Of a stretch of DNA of 64,000 bases, positions 26,854 to 41,221 are shown in pieces. The first letter of the stretch is position 1. Each line of letters opens with the position of its first letter. Where the stretch lies: contig JANQFK010000022.1 in NCBI GenBank assembly GCA_028277885.1, positions 176,052 through 240,051 on the forward strand, in the 5' to 3' direction. The translations under genes were made by a program, and so were the position numbers. The notes below the pieces were generated by a model. The model saw only the letters and a list, made by a program, of their open reading frames with translations, had not been told where the DNA came from and made no database searches. The DNA comes from Myxococcota bacterium. GTDB taxonomy: Bacteria > Myxococcota_A > UBA9160 > UBA6930.

Positions 26854-28082
26854 CGCGCTCCCCTCCCCAGGCGCAGGCCCAGCCGGCGCCCTCCCCAGAG
26901 CGCCGCCGCCGCCGCGCCCAGCTGGGCGAGGGGGGTCGGGCGCAGCCCGCCGAGCAGGGGCAGCGCCGCGGCGCCGGCGAGGCCCGCCGCCAGCCACGCC
27001 GCGCCGCCCCGGGACGGCGCGAACAGGCCGACCGGGAAGGCCCAGAGCGCCAGCCAGGCCATGGCGAGCGCCGGCCGCAGGCGATCGAAGGCGCTTCGCT
27101 CGGGCAGCAGCAGCATCCAGCCGTCTCCCACGGTCGGCCCGAGCCCGCAACGCTCGAGGCCGTTCACCGCCAGGCACAGATCGGCTTCCGAGCGCCTCGC
27201 CTGCACCCGGATCGCATCGCCGGGCGCCGCCGCCGCCAGCGCGCCGGGGCTCCGGACCCGGGTGGACTCGAGGCCCAGGGCCTGGCCGCGGCTGCGGTAG
27301 CGCAACACGAGGTCGGGACCCTCGGGCCCGAGCAGCAGGAGCCCGTGGCCCTCGACGTCGGTGATCAGCAGCAGGGCGGCCTGGCCGGAGGGGGCGGGGC
27401 CCGCGCGCCCCTCGACCTCCACCCGGAACGGGCCGGTCAGGGAGGCGCGCACGGCCTCGGCATCGGGGAGCCGGCCGTGGGGAACCGGAGCGCCGTCGAG
27501 GCGCGCCGCGTCCAGGGACCCGGCGTAGGGCGCGAGGTGGCCCAGGTCCGGCGTCCAGTGCCCCGAGAGCGGTCCGTCCGCTGCGCGCCCCGGAGCCGCG
27601 GCGAGCAGGAGGCCGGTGCCGGCCAGGGCGGCGAGGCAGACGGCCAGCGCCAGTGCGGCGGCGAGCGGGCGCGGGCGCAGCCACGCGTCGGCATGGGCGG
27701 CCGCCAGTGCGCCGAGCCCCGCGCCGCTCGCGTTCGCGATCACGTCGACGAGGCTCGGGTCGCGGCCGGGGATGGCGAGCTGGGCGGCCTCCACCGCGAG
27801 GCCGAGGGCCAGACCCGCCGCGGCCACGAGCCCGGGACGCACGCCGAGCAGCACCGCCGCGGCCCCCGCCGGCAGCAGCAGGGCGAGGTTGCGCAGCACG
27901 TCGGAGAGCGCGATGCCGCCCGGCGCCGCGTCCGGCGGCGGTACGCCCGCACTCGGGCCGGGTGCGGGCCAGAGGGTGGCGAACGCGAAGGCGGCGAGCG
28001 CGCAGGCCAGCGCGAGGGCCGCCGTCGGCCGTCGCCAGTGCGAGGCACCCGACGCGTGCGTGCTCCCCTCGGCTTTCCCCAT
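26850..28082 (-). CDS. VanZ-like membrane domain + beta-sandwich (LamG-like?) domain + C-terminal TM helices
   Basis: Track ORF 26850..28160 trimmed to ATG 28082. VanZ-like stretch SDVLRNLALLLPAG...GRDPSLVDVIANASGAGLGA. Central soluble domain, then 3 C-terminal TM helices. Confidence 0.75.
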   Translation of the reverse strand: MGKAEGSTHASGASHWRRPTAALALACALAAFAFATLWPAPGPSAGVPPPDAAPGGIALSDVLRNLALLLPAGAAAVLLGVRPGLVAAAGLALGLAVEAAQLAIPGRDPSLVDVIANASGAGLGALAAAHADAWLRPRPLAAALALAVCLAALAGTGLLLAAAPGRAADGPLSGHWTPDLGHLAPYAGSLDAARLDGAPVPHGRLPDAEAVRASLTGPFRVEVEGRAGPAPSGQAALLLITDVEGHGLLLLGPEGPDLVLRYRSRGQALGLESTRVRSPGALAAAAPGDAIRVQARRSEADLCLAVNGLERCGLGPTVGDGWMLLLPERSAFDRLRPALAMAWLALWAFPVGLFAPSRGGAAWLAAGLAGAAALPLLGGLRPTPLAQLGAAAAALWGGRRLGLRLGRGAR

Positions 28083-28183
28083 CGCGGCGCCAGAACCTAG
28101 CAGTCCGGCGGGTGGGCCCGGTAGCAAGCCGGGGCCGTCGCCGCGTGCCGACAGGGTCACGGGCAGAGGGCTAGCATGCCGCG

Positions 28184-29404
28184 GTGCGGGGCCGAGGAGC
28201 GGGGGGAGGGGGTGACGACGGCCGGGCGGGCGTCCCGAAGCCGCTGCTGGCGCTGCTCGCCGGCCTGGCGGTGCTGGTCGTCCTCGAGCTCGGCGCCCGC
28301 GTCGTGCTGGGGGTGCTCGCGCGCGTCCCCAAGTTCCGCTTCACCCCGATCGAGGCGCGCCTCGCGGAGCAGACCGACAAGCTCCGCGAGCTGCTCGACT
28401 CCCAGGGCGACTCCCTGGTGCGGCTCGATCCCGAGATCGGGTGGGTGTACGGGCCGGGCCACCGCGGCGACCTCTACTCGAGCAACTCCCAGGGCCTGCG
28501 CGGGCGTCGGGAGTACGCGCCGCGCCCGCCCCCGGGCGTGCTCCGGCTCGCGGCCTTCGGGGACTCCTTCGTCCACGCCAACGAGGTGGCCGACGCGGAC
28601 GCCTGGTCGGCGCGCCTCGAGTCCCTCGACCCGCGGCTCGAGGTGCTGAACTTCGGCGTGGGCGGCTTCGGCACCGACCAGGCGCTCCTCCTGGCGCGAC
28701 GCCGGCTGCCCGACTTCGATCCCCAGGTCGTGGTGCTGGGCTTCGCCGAGGTGAACCTCGCCCGCAACGTGAACCGCTACCGGCGCTTCCTCTCTCCGGA
28801 CGACCTGCCGCTGTTCAAGCCGCGCTTCCTGCGCGCCCCCGGTGGCGTGCTCGAGCGGGTCGCGAACCCGTTCCCCGGCCTCGAGGACCAGCGTGCGCTC
28901 CTCGCCGAGCCCCGGGGCGTGCTGGCCGCCGCGCCCCACGACTTCTACTTCGAGCCCCTCGAGTGGCGGAACCCGCTCTACGACCGGCTCGGCCTCGCGC
29001 GCCTCACGAGCAGCCTCGCCGCGCGCACCTGGCGCTCGCGGGGCTCGGCGGACCGCCTCTACCGGGGCGGGCGCATGAACGACGCGAGCGAGGCCTTCGA
29101 GCTCCTGGTCGCCCTCGTGCGCCAGTTCGCCGGGGAGGTGGCGGCCGGCGGCCGGGAGTTCCTGCTCGTCGTCTTCCCGACCCGGAGCGAGGACGTCTGG
29201 GGCGGCGGGTCCCGGGTCTACCAGCCGCTCCTCGACGCCGTCGCCGACCTGCGGGTCCTGGACCTGGCCGAGCCCCTCGCCGCCGCCGGGCTCGAGCCGT
29301 CGGAGTGGCTGCGCCCGGGCGGCCACTACGGCGCCGCGGCGAATCGGATCGTGGCCGAGGCCGTCCATGGAGTGCTGGACGACCTCCGGAGCGGCACACG
29401 ATGA
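28184..29404 (+). CDS. SGNH/GDSL hydrolase
   Basis: GTG start, N-terminal anchor. Motifs AAFGDSF, NFGVGGFGTDQ and GGHY. Confidence 0.8.
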   Translation: MRGRGAGGGGDDGRAGVPKPLLALLAGLAVLVVLELGARVVLGVLARVPKFRFTPIEARLAEQTDKLRELLDSQGDSLVRLDPEIGWVYGPGHRGDLYSSNSQGLRGRREYAPRPPPGVLRLAAFGDSFVHANEVADADAWSARLESLDPRLEVLNFGVGGFGTDQALLLARRRLPDFDPQVVVLGFAEVNLARNVNRYRRFLSPDDLPLFKPRFLRAPGGVLERVANPFPGLEDQRALLAEPRGVLAAAPHDFYFEPLEWRNPLYDRLGLARLTSSLAARTWRSRGSADRLYRGGRMNDASEAFELLVALVRQFAGEVAAGGREFLLVVFPTRSEDVWGGGSRVYQPLLDAVADLRVLDLAEPLAAAGLEPSEWLRPGGHYGAAANRIVAEAVHGVLDDLRSGTR

Positions 29405-30960
29405 GCGGAGACGAGCGAGGCGGGGCGACGGCGGAGGGCGGCGGCGAGGCCCCCGGCAGCGAGCCCTTCGCCATGGACCGCATCGGGCGCCACACCCTGG
29501 TCTACGGCCTCGGGATCGCGCTGCGCCAGTCGGTCTCGTTCCTGATGCTCCCGATCTACACCCGCTACCTCTCGCCCGCCGACTACGGCGTGATGGAGCT
29601 GATCGAGCTCGCCCTCGACCTGATCGCGACGGTGGCGGGGGCGCGCATCGCGGTGGGGATCTTCCGCTACTACCACAAGGCCGAGACGCCCCGGGACCGG
29701 GACGCCGTGGTCTCCACCGCGTTCCTCGTGCTGACGCTCAGCTACCTGACCGTGGGCCTCGCGACCCTGCTCTTCGCCGCGCCGCTGGCCCGGCTCATCT
29801 TCGGCTCCGAGGAGCACGTGGTGCTGGTGCGCCTCGCTGCGACGAGCCTGGCCCTCAGCAGCCTGACCCTGGCTCCCCTCACCCTGGCCCGGGTGCGGGA
29901 CCGCTCCACGCTCTTCGTCACCGCGAACGCGGCGATCCTGCTGCTCAAGGTGGGGCTCAACCTGGTGTTCCTCGCCGGTCTCGGCCTCGGCGTGCTGGGC
30001 GTCTTCCTCAGCAACGTGATCGGCAGCCTGGTGGTGGGCGCCGCCCTCACCGTCTACCTGGTGCGCGAGGTGGGGCTTCGCTGGTCGCGCTCCGCGACGC
30101 GGGACCTGCTGCGCTACGGCATCCCGCTGGTCGGCACCCAGCTCGCCACCTTCGTGGCCACCTTCGCCGACCGCTTCTTCCTGAACGCGGCCGCCGACGA
30201 GGCGGCCGTCGGGCTCTACGGCCTCGCCTATCGGTTCGGCTTCCTGCTGGCTGCCGTGGGCTACATGCCCTTCGAGCTGGTCTGGGAGCCGGCGCGCTTC
30301 GCCGTCGCCCGGCGCCCCGACCGCGACACGATCCTGGCCCGCGGCTTCGTCTACCTGAACCTGCTGCTCGTCTCCGCCGCCGTGGGGATCACGCTCTTCG
30401 TCGACGAGGTCCTCGTCCTCATGACCGCACCGGCCTTCCATCCCGCCGCGGCCATCGTCCCGCTGATCCTGGTCGCCTACGTGTTCCAGGGCTGGGCCGG
30501 CATCCAGGACATCGGGATCCTGATCCGCGAGAAGACCGAGTACGTGACCCTGGCGAACTGGGTGGCGGCCGGGGTCGCCCTGGTGGGCTACGCGATCTTC
30601 GTCCCGCGCTACCTGGCCTGGGGGGCGGCGGGCGTCACCGTGGTGGCCTTCGCGGTGCGCTACGTCGGCGTCTACTGGGCCTCCCAGCGGCTGTGGCCGG
30701 TGCGCTATCGCTGGGGCCCGGTGCTGCGGATCCTCGCCTTCGCGGGAGCGGCCTGCGCGGCCGGGCTGGCGCTGCCGCCCCTGGGGCTGGCGGCGGCCCT
30801 GGGTGCCAAGGCGCTGCTGTTCGGCGGCTTCGTGCTCGCGGTCTGGAGCCTGGGCGGGCTCGCCGCCGAGGAGCGGGAGGAGCTCGCCGCCATGGCGGGC
30901 GCGCTGGGCGCCACCCTGACGGGGCGCGGCCGCAGCGACGCCCCGGGGACGGGCGGATGA
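29401..30960 (+). CDS. Wzx-type oligosaccharide flippase (MOP superfamily)
   Basis: ATG 29401 forms an ATGA overlap with the previous stop. 519 aa, about 12-14 TM segments, polysaccharide-biosynthesis-protein-like N-terminus. Confidence 0.9.
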   Translation: MSGDERGGATAEGGGEAPGSEPFAMDRIGRHTLVYGLGIALRQSVSFLMLPIYTRYLSPADYGVMELIELALDLIATVAGARIAVGIFRYYHKAETPRDRDAVVSTAFLVLTLSYLTVGLATLLFAAPLARLIFGSEEHVVLVRLAATSLALSSLTLAPLTLARVRDRSTLFVTANAAILLLKVGLNLVFLAGLGLGVLGVFLSNVIGSLVVGAALTVYLVREVGLRWSRSATRDLLRYGIPLVGTQLATFVATFADRFFLNAAADEAAVGLYGLAYRFGFLLAAVGYMPFELVWEPARFAVARRPDRDTILARGFVYLNLLLVSAAVGITLFVDEVLVLMTAPAFHPAAAIVPLILVAYVFQGWAGIQDIGILIREKTEYVTLANWVAAGVALVGYAIFVPRYLAWGAAGVTVVAFAVRYVGVYWASQRLWPVRYRWGPVLRILAFAGAACAAGLALPPLGLAAALGAKALLFGGFVLAVWSLGGLAAEEREELAAMAGALGATLTGRGRSDAPGTGG

Positions 30961-32147
30961 GCGCTCCGGCCGGGCCCCGACGCGTGCTCTTCTGCGAGGT
31001 CTGTGAGGACGGGACCGTCGGCGGCTCCCACCAGATCCTGTTCGACCTGGTGCGCGCCCTCGACCCGGCGCGCTGGACGCCGGTGGTGGTCTTCTACCAG
31101 GAGAACCGCTTCGCCGCTGCGCTGCGCGCCGAGGGCGTCCCGGTCCACGTCTGGGAGGCGGAGCGCGCCCGCGAGCGCCGCCCGTTCCCCGGCGGTCGTC
31201 GCCCCGCGAAGCTCATGGCGAGCTTCGGTGCCATCGCGCGGCGCGCCCGGCTGCTGCGCCGGGAGCGGATCGACCTGGTGCACCTCAACAACTCGCCCTT
31301 CCTCGGCTACGACGACTGGCTGCCCGCCGCGCGCCTGCTGCGCATCCCGTGCATCACCTGGGCGGTGGGCGAGCCCTACGCGCTGCCCGCCGAGACCCTG
31401 CGCCGCCGGATGGTCGCCGACTGGGACCGGGTGGTCGCGATCTCCGAGCACATCGCCGCCCAGCTGCGCGCCGGCGGCTTCCCCGAGGAGCGGCTGCACA
31501 CCATCGTCTCGGGGATCGACGTGGCGGAGTTCACGGCGCGGGTGAAGCGCGACCGGGCCGCGGTGCGCGGCGAGCTCGGGGTCGGCGACGACGAGGTGCT
31601 GGTGCTGATGGTGGGCAACCTGCGCGCCTGGAAGGGCCAGGCCTGCGTGGTGGAGGCGCTGCGGCTGCTCGCGCCCGCGGTGGGCGCCCGGGTGAGGCTC
31701 GCCTTCGCGGGGGCGGCGCGGCCCGAGGATGCCGACTACGTGGCGGGCCTCGAGGCCGCGGTGGAGAAGGACGGCCTCGCCGGACGCGTCGCGTTCCTCG
31801 GCCCGCGTCGCGACGTGCCGGATCTGATGAACGCGGCCGACGTCGCGGTCCACGCGTCGACCTTCCCGGAGCCCTTCGGCCTGGTGCTCGTGGAGGCCCT
31901 CGCCCTCGGCAAGCCCCTGGTGGCGGCGCGCCGCGGCGGCCCCCTCGAGATCCTGCGCGGGGGCACGGGCTTCCTGCACGACCCCGAGCGCCCCGCGGAG
32001 CTCGCCGCCATCCTCACCCACCTGGTCCAGGACCCGAAGCTGCGCCAGGACGTGAGCGAGCGAGCCCGGGCCCGGGCGGCGGAGCTCGACACGCGACGCA
32101 GCGCGCCCCGGGTCCAGGATCTCTACGACGAGGTGCTGGCGGGCTAG
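30957..32147 (+). CDS. GT4 (GT-B fold) glycosyltransferase
   Basis: ATG 30957 forms an ATGA overlap. Motif FPEPFGLVLVEALALGKPLVA. Confidence 0.9.
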   Translation: MSAPAGPRRVLFCEVCEDGTVGGSHQILFDLVRALDPARWTPVVVFYQENRFAAALRAEGVPVHVWEAERARERRPFPGGRRPAKLMASFGAIARRARLLRRERIDLVHLNNSPFLGYDDWLPAARLLRIPCITWAVGEPYALPAETLRRRMVADWDRVVAISEHIAAQLRAGGFPEERLHTIVSGIDVAEFTARVKRDRAAVRGELGVGDDEVLVLMVGNLRAWKGQACVVEALRLLAPAVGARVRLAFAGAARPEDADYVAGLEAAVEKDGLAGRVAFLGPRRDVPDLMNAADVAVHASTFPEPFGLVLVEALALGKPLVAARRGGPLEILRGGTGFLHDPERPAELAAILTHLVQDPKLRQDVSERARARAAELDTRRSAPRVQDLYDEVLAG

Positions 32148-32211
32148 CGCGCGCGCGGGGTGGCCGGGCGCCCCTCGGGGGCGGCCGCCACCGTGATTGA
32201 AGCTTTCGCGC

Positions 32212-32232
32212 AGCTACTCGTCCGAAGTAGCT
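32212..32232. repeat. 7-bp inverted repeat AGCTACT-N7-AGTAGCT, abutting TTGACG
   Basis: Read directly in the lower-GC 325-bp gap upstream of the PKS gene. Confidence 0.6.
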
Positions 32233-32235
32233 TGA

Positions 32236-32254
32236 CGGCTTGCGCTTTCGGGGG
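32236..32254 (+). repeat. conserved intergenic motif, copy A (CGGCTTGCGCTTTCGGGGG)
   Basis: Near-identical to copy B at 52827-52845 and related to copy C at 61825-61840. All three are in gaps upstream of plus-strand operons. Confidence 0.5.
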
Positions 32255-32472
32255 TCCCGAGGGCGGGGCGCGGTAGCCCACCCGGGCTGCGGCGTTGCTC
32301 CCGCGCCCGGGCCCTCTACGTTGGCCGGAAATCGTCGCTGCGGGTTCCGCCTCCGCCCCGATTCTTCCGATACGCATGGGAGGACCGGAGGCCCGGCGGC
32401 GGGCATCCACACGGTCCGGAGGGCCCGGGAACGCAGCGCCCGGGGAGCCTAGGAGTGGGGGCGAACGGCAGC

Positions 32473-38388
<5,916 letters not shown>

Positions 38389-38398
38389 GGGGGCGGCG

Positions 38399-39205
38399 AT
38401 GAACCCCTTCTTCTTCGGGACCTCCGAGGAGCGCCTGCTGGGCGTCCACCACCCGCCCCGCGGCCGCGCGCCCCGGGACGTCGGCGTGCTGCTGTGCGCG
38501 CCCTTCGGCCAGGAGTACATGCGCGCCCACCGCGCGTTCCGCCAGCTGGGCCTGCTGCTCGCCCGCCGCGGCTTCCACGTGCTGCGCTTCGACTGGTTCG
38601 GCACCGGGGACTCGGCGGGGGACGCCGAGGAGGGGAGCCTGGCCCGCTGGGTCGCCGACGCCCGCGCCGCCATCGAGGAGCTCGAGGACACCGCGGGCGT
38701 GGCCCGGGTCTCCCTGGTGGGCCTGCGCCTCGGCGCGCTGGTGGCGGCCCTCGCGGCCGAGGGGCGCGACGACGTCGCCGACCTGGTGCTCTGGGACCCG
38801 GTGGTGGAGGGGCGCCTGTATCTCGAGCAGCTGCGCAAGGCGCAGCACGTCCACGCGGGAGAGGATCCGGGCGACCTGACCCGGCTCGCTCCGGACGCCG
38901 TGGCCGGCATCCTCGGCTTCCCGATCACCGGCGCCCTGGCCGCGGAGCTCACCGCCGCGGACCTCACCGCGGTGGGGCTGCCGGCGCTGCGCCGGGTGCT
39001 CAGCGTGGTGGCCGAGGAGCGCGAGGAGTACGCCCGCTGCGACCGGGCGCTCGCCGAGCGCGGCCTCGACGTGCGCAGCGAGTGCCTGCCCGCCGGCGGG
39101 AGCTGGGCCGAGGTCGACAACTTCGGCTCGGCGCTGATCCCCCATCAGATCGTCCAGGCCATCGTGGCCTTCCTCGACCAGGAGCCCGGGGGAGCCCCGC
39201 GATGA
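38399..39205 (+). CDS. alpha/beta-hydrolase-fold protein with GLRLG at the nucleophile elbow (exosortase-system 'hydrolase'-like)
   Basis: ATG 38399 lies 10 nt after the PKS stop. Motifs LRFDWFGTGDSAG, SLVGLRLGALVA (Arg codon 38726-38728), LVLWDP and ALIPHQ. Confidence 0.85.
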   Translation: MNPFFFGTSEERLLGVHHPPRGRAPRDVGVLLCAPFGQEYMRAHRAFRQLGLLLARRGFHVLRFDWFGTGDSAGDAEEGSLARWVADARAAIEELEDTAGVARVSLVGLRLGALVAALAAEGRDDVADLVLWDPVVEGRLYLEQLRKAQHVHAGEDPGDLTRLAPDAVAGILGFPITGALAAELTAADLTAVGLPALRRVLSVVAEEREEYARCDRALAERGLDVRSECLPAGGSWAEVDNFGSALIPHQIVQAIVAFLDQEPGGAPR

Positions 39206-40095
39206 GGGAGCGCGCGATCCGGTTCGGAAGCCACGGGACCCTCGCGGGCATCGTGTGCGAGCCCGCCGGGCGGGGGGCGACCCGCGCCGTGGTGATGGTG
39301 AACTCCGGGATCCTGCACCGCGTCGGCGCGTGCCGCCTGCACGTCAAGCTCGCCCGCCGGCTGGCGGAGCGGGGCGTGCCGTCGCTGCGCTTCGACCACT
39401 CGGGGATCGGGGACAGCGAGGCCCGCCGCGACAGCCTGCCCTTCGAGAAGAGCGCCGTGCTCGAGATCCGCGAGGCCCTCGACTGGCTCGCGACCAAGCG
39501 CGGCATCGAGCGCTTCACCGTGCTCGGCCTGTGCTCCGGCGCCGACATGGCGTTCGAGGCCGCGCGGGAGGAGCCGCGCATCGACGGTCTGGTGCTGCTG
39601 GATCCGTGGGCCTACCGCACGCCCCGCTACTGGTGGACCCACTACCGGGCGCGGGTGACGAGCGCCGCCGCCTGGCGGAGGCTCTGGGAGCGCCACGCGG
39701 GCCGCCGCGTCGCGCCTCCGGCGCCGACCGGACCCGCGGCCGAGGAGGACCTCGACCTGCCCACCTACGTGCGCGAGTTCCCGCCCCGCGAGCGCGTGGC
39801 CGCGGACCTCGCCGCGATGGCGGCCCGGGGCCTGCGGCTGCTGTGCCTCTTCTCCGGCGGCCAGGGCGACCACTACAACCACGCGGGGCAGATGCGCGAG
39901 AGCTTCCGCGACGTGGATCTCGGCGAGCGTCTCGAGGAGGTCTTCCTCCCCGACGCGGACCACATCTTCACCGACCTGGGGCACCAGCAGACGGTGCTGC
40001 GCACCGTCGAGGGCTGGCTCGTCGCCGCGAGCGACCCGGCCGCCGACGCCGGCGCGCCCCAGGCGCTGCCCGCCACCGCGGGCTCGTCGGCCTGA
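39202..40095 (+). CDS. alpha/beta-hydrolase-fold protein with GLCSG (Cys) nucleophile elbow
   Basis: ATG 39202 forms an ATGA overlap. Motifs LRFDHSGIGDSEA, VLGLCSGADMA (Cys codon 39532-39534), LVLLDPW and DADHIF. Confidence 0.85.
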   Translation: MRERAIRFGSHGTLAGIVCEPAGRGATRAVVMVNSGILHRVGACRLHVKLARRLAERGVPSLRFDHSGIGDSEARRDSLPFEKSAVLEIREALDWLATKRGIERFTVLGLCSGADMAFEAAREEPRIDGLVLLDPWAYRTPRYWWTHYRARVTSAAAWRRLWERHAGRRVAPPAPTGPAAEEDLDLPTYVREFPPRERVAADLAAMAARGLRLLCLFSGGQGDHYNHAGQMRESFRDVDLGERLEEVFLPDADHIFTDLGHQQTVLRTVEGWLVAASDPAADAGAPQALPATAGSSA

Positions 40096-40102
40096 GCGCG
40101 CC

Positions 40103-41221
40103 GTGGAGCCCGCGCGTCCCGCGCCCCTCACGATCGCCCAGATGATCGAGACCGACGGCCCCGGCGGCGCCGAGACCGTGGTGCTCGAGCTGTCGCGGGA
40201 GCTGCGACGCCGCGGCCACCGCGTGATCGCGGTGGGGCCCGAGCGGGGAGAGGGGTGGCTCTCGGGGCGCTTCCACGACGATGGCTTCGAGCGCCGCGGC
40301 TTCCGGATCCGGCGCGCCCTCGACCCGCTCTTCCTGCGCGACCTGACCCGCATGCTCCGCGACGTGGACGTGGTGCACAGCCACGAGTTCACCTGCGCGG
40401 TCTACGGCGCCGCGGCGACCCGCCGCCTGGGGATTCCCCACGTGATCACCATGCACGGCAACGAGCGGGTGGCCGACGCCTGGCGCCGGCGCGTCGCGCT
40501 GCGCTGGGCGTTCCGGCGCTCTGCGCACTGCCTCACCATCTCCGACACCACCCGCTTCGACATGGAGACGCGGCTGGGCCTCGCGTCCGGCGTGCTCGAG
40601 GTGGTTGCCAACGGGGTCGCGGTGCCCGAGGGCGACGCCGCGCGGATCCGCGCCGAGCTCGCCCTCGAGGAGGGCGACCTGCTGCTGCTCGCCGTGGGGA
40701 ACCTCTACGAGCGCAAGGGACACAAGGTGCTGCTCGAGGCCCTGCACCGCGTCCTCGCCGAGGGCAAGCGGCCCCTGCACCTCGCCATCGCGGGCCGCGG
40801 AGCCGAGCACGACCGCCTGATCGAGTTCGCCGAGGAGTGCGGGATCGCGGAGCGCGTGCACCTGCTGGGCGTGCGCGACGACGTGCCCGACCTGCTCGCC
40901 GGCGCCGACGTCTACGTGATGCCGTCCTTCTGGGAGGGGATGCCCCTGGCGCTCCTCGAGGCGATGCTGGCCGGCAAGCCCTGCGTGGCGAGCCGCACCG
41001 GCGGGATCCCCGAGGTGGTCGCGTCGGACCGCCTCGGCGTGCTGGTGCCGCCGGGGGACGTCGAGGCCCTCGCGAACGCGCTGGCCCGGGTGGTGGACGA
41101 TCCGCCCCTGCGGGCCTCCCTGGGCCGGGCCGCCCGGGAGCACGCGCTGGCGCGCTACACGCTCCCGGTCATGACCGACGCCTACGAGCGACGCTACCGT
41201 GACGCGCCGTCTAGCGCCTGA
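40103..41221 (+). CDS. GT4 glycosyltransferase
   Basis: GTG start. Motifs IETDGPGGAE and SFWEGMPLALLEAMLAGKPCVAS. Confidence 0.9.
   Translation: MEPARPAPLTIAQMIETDGPGGAETVVLELSRELRRRGHRVIAVGPERGEGWLSGRFHDDGFERRGFRIRRALDPLFLRDLTRMLRDVDVVHSHEFTCAVYGAAATRRLGIPHVITMHGNERVADAWRRRVALRWAFRRSAHCLTISDTTRFDMETRLGLASGVLEVVANGVAVPEGDAARIRAELALEEGDLLLLAVGNLYERKGHKVLLEALHRVLAEGKRPLHLAIAGRGAEHDRLIEFAEECGIAERVHLLGVRDDVPDLLAGADVYVMPSFWEGMPLALLEAMLAGKPCVASRTGGIPEVVASDRLGVLVPPGDVEALANALARVVDDPPLRASLGRAAREHALARYTLPVMTDAYERRYRDAPSSA

Noticed and set aside
32321-32338. Sigma-54-like TTGGCCGGAAATCGTCGC in the PKS upstream region.
   Set aside because: The GG and GC elements are not at the required spacing (GC falls 3 nt too far) and the -12 TTGC is absent. 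Motif copies A and B also fail the sigma-54 spacing test.
32240-32452. 70-aa upstream ORF ending 21 nt before the PKS ATG (possible leader peptide).
   Set aside because: The R/G-rich sequence has a weak codon-bias signal and starts at a TTG inside the conserved motif. I cannot support it as coding without conservation or Ribo-seq data.
32250-32472. Possible c-di-GMP (GEMM-like) or other riboswitch in the 220-nt PKS leader.
   Set aside because: Only a loose resemblance (GGGAACGCAGCGCCCGGGG versus the GGGACGCAAAGCC-CCGG core). The GGCAAAC and GAAA tetraloop-receptor elements are missing. It would need a covariance-model scan to revisit.
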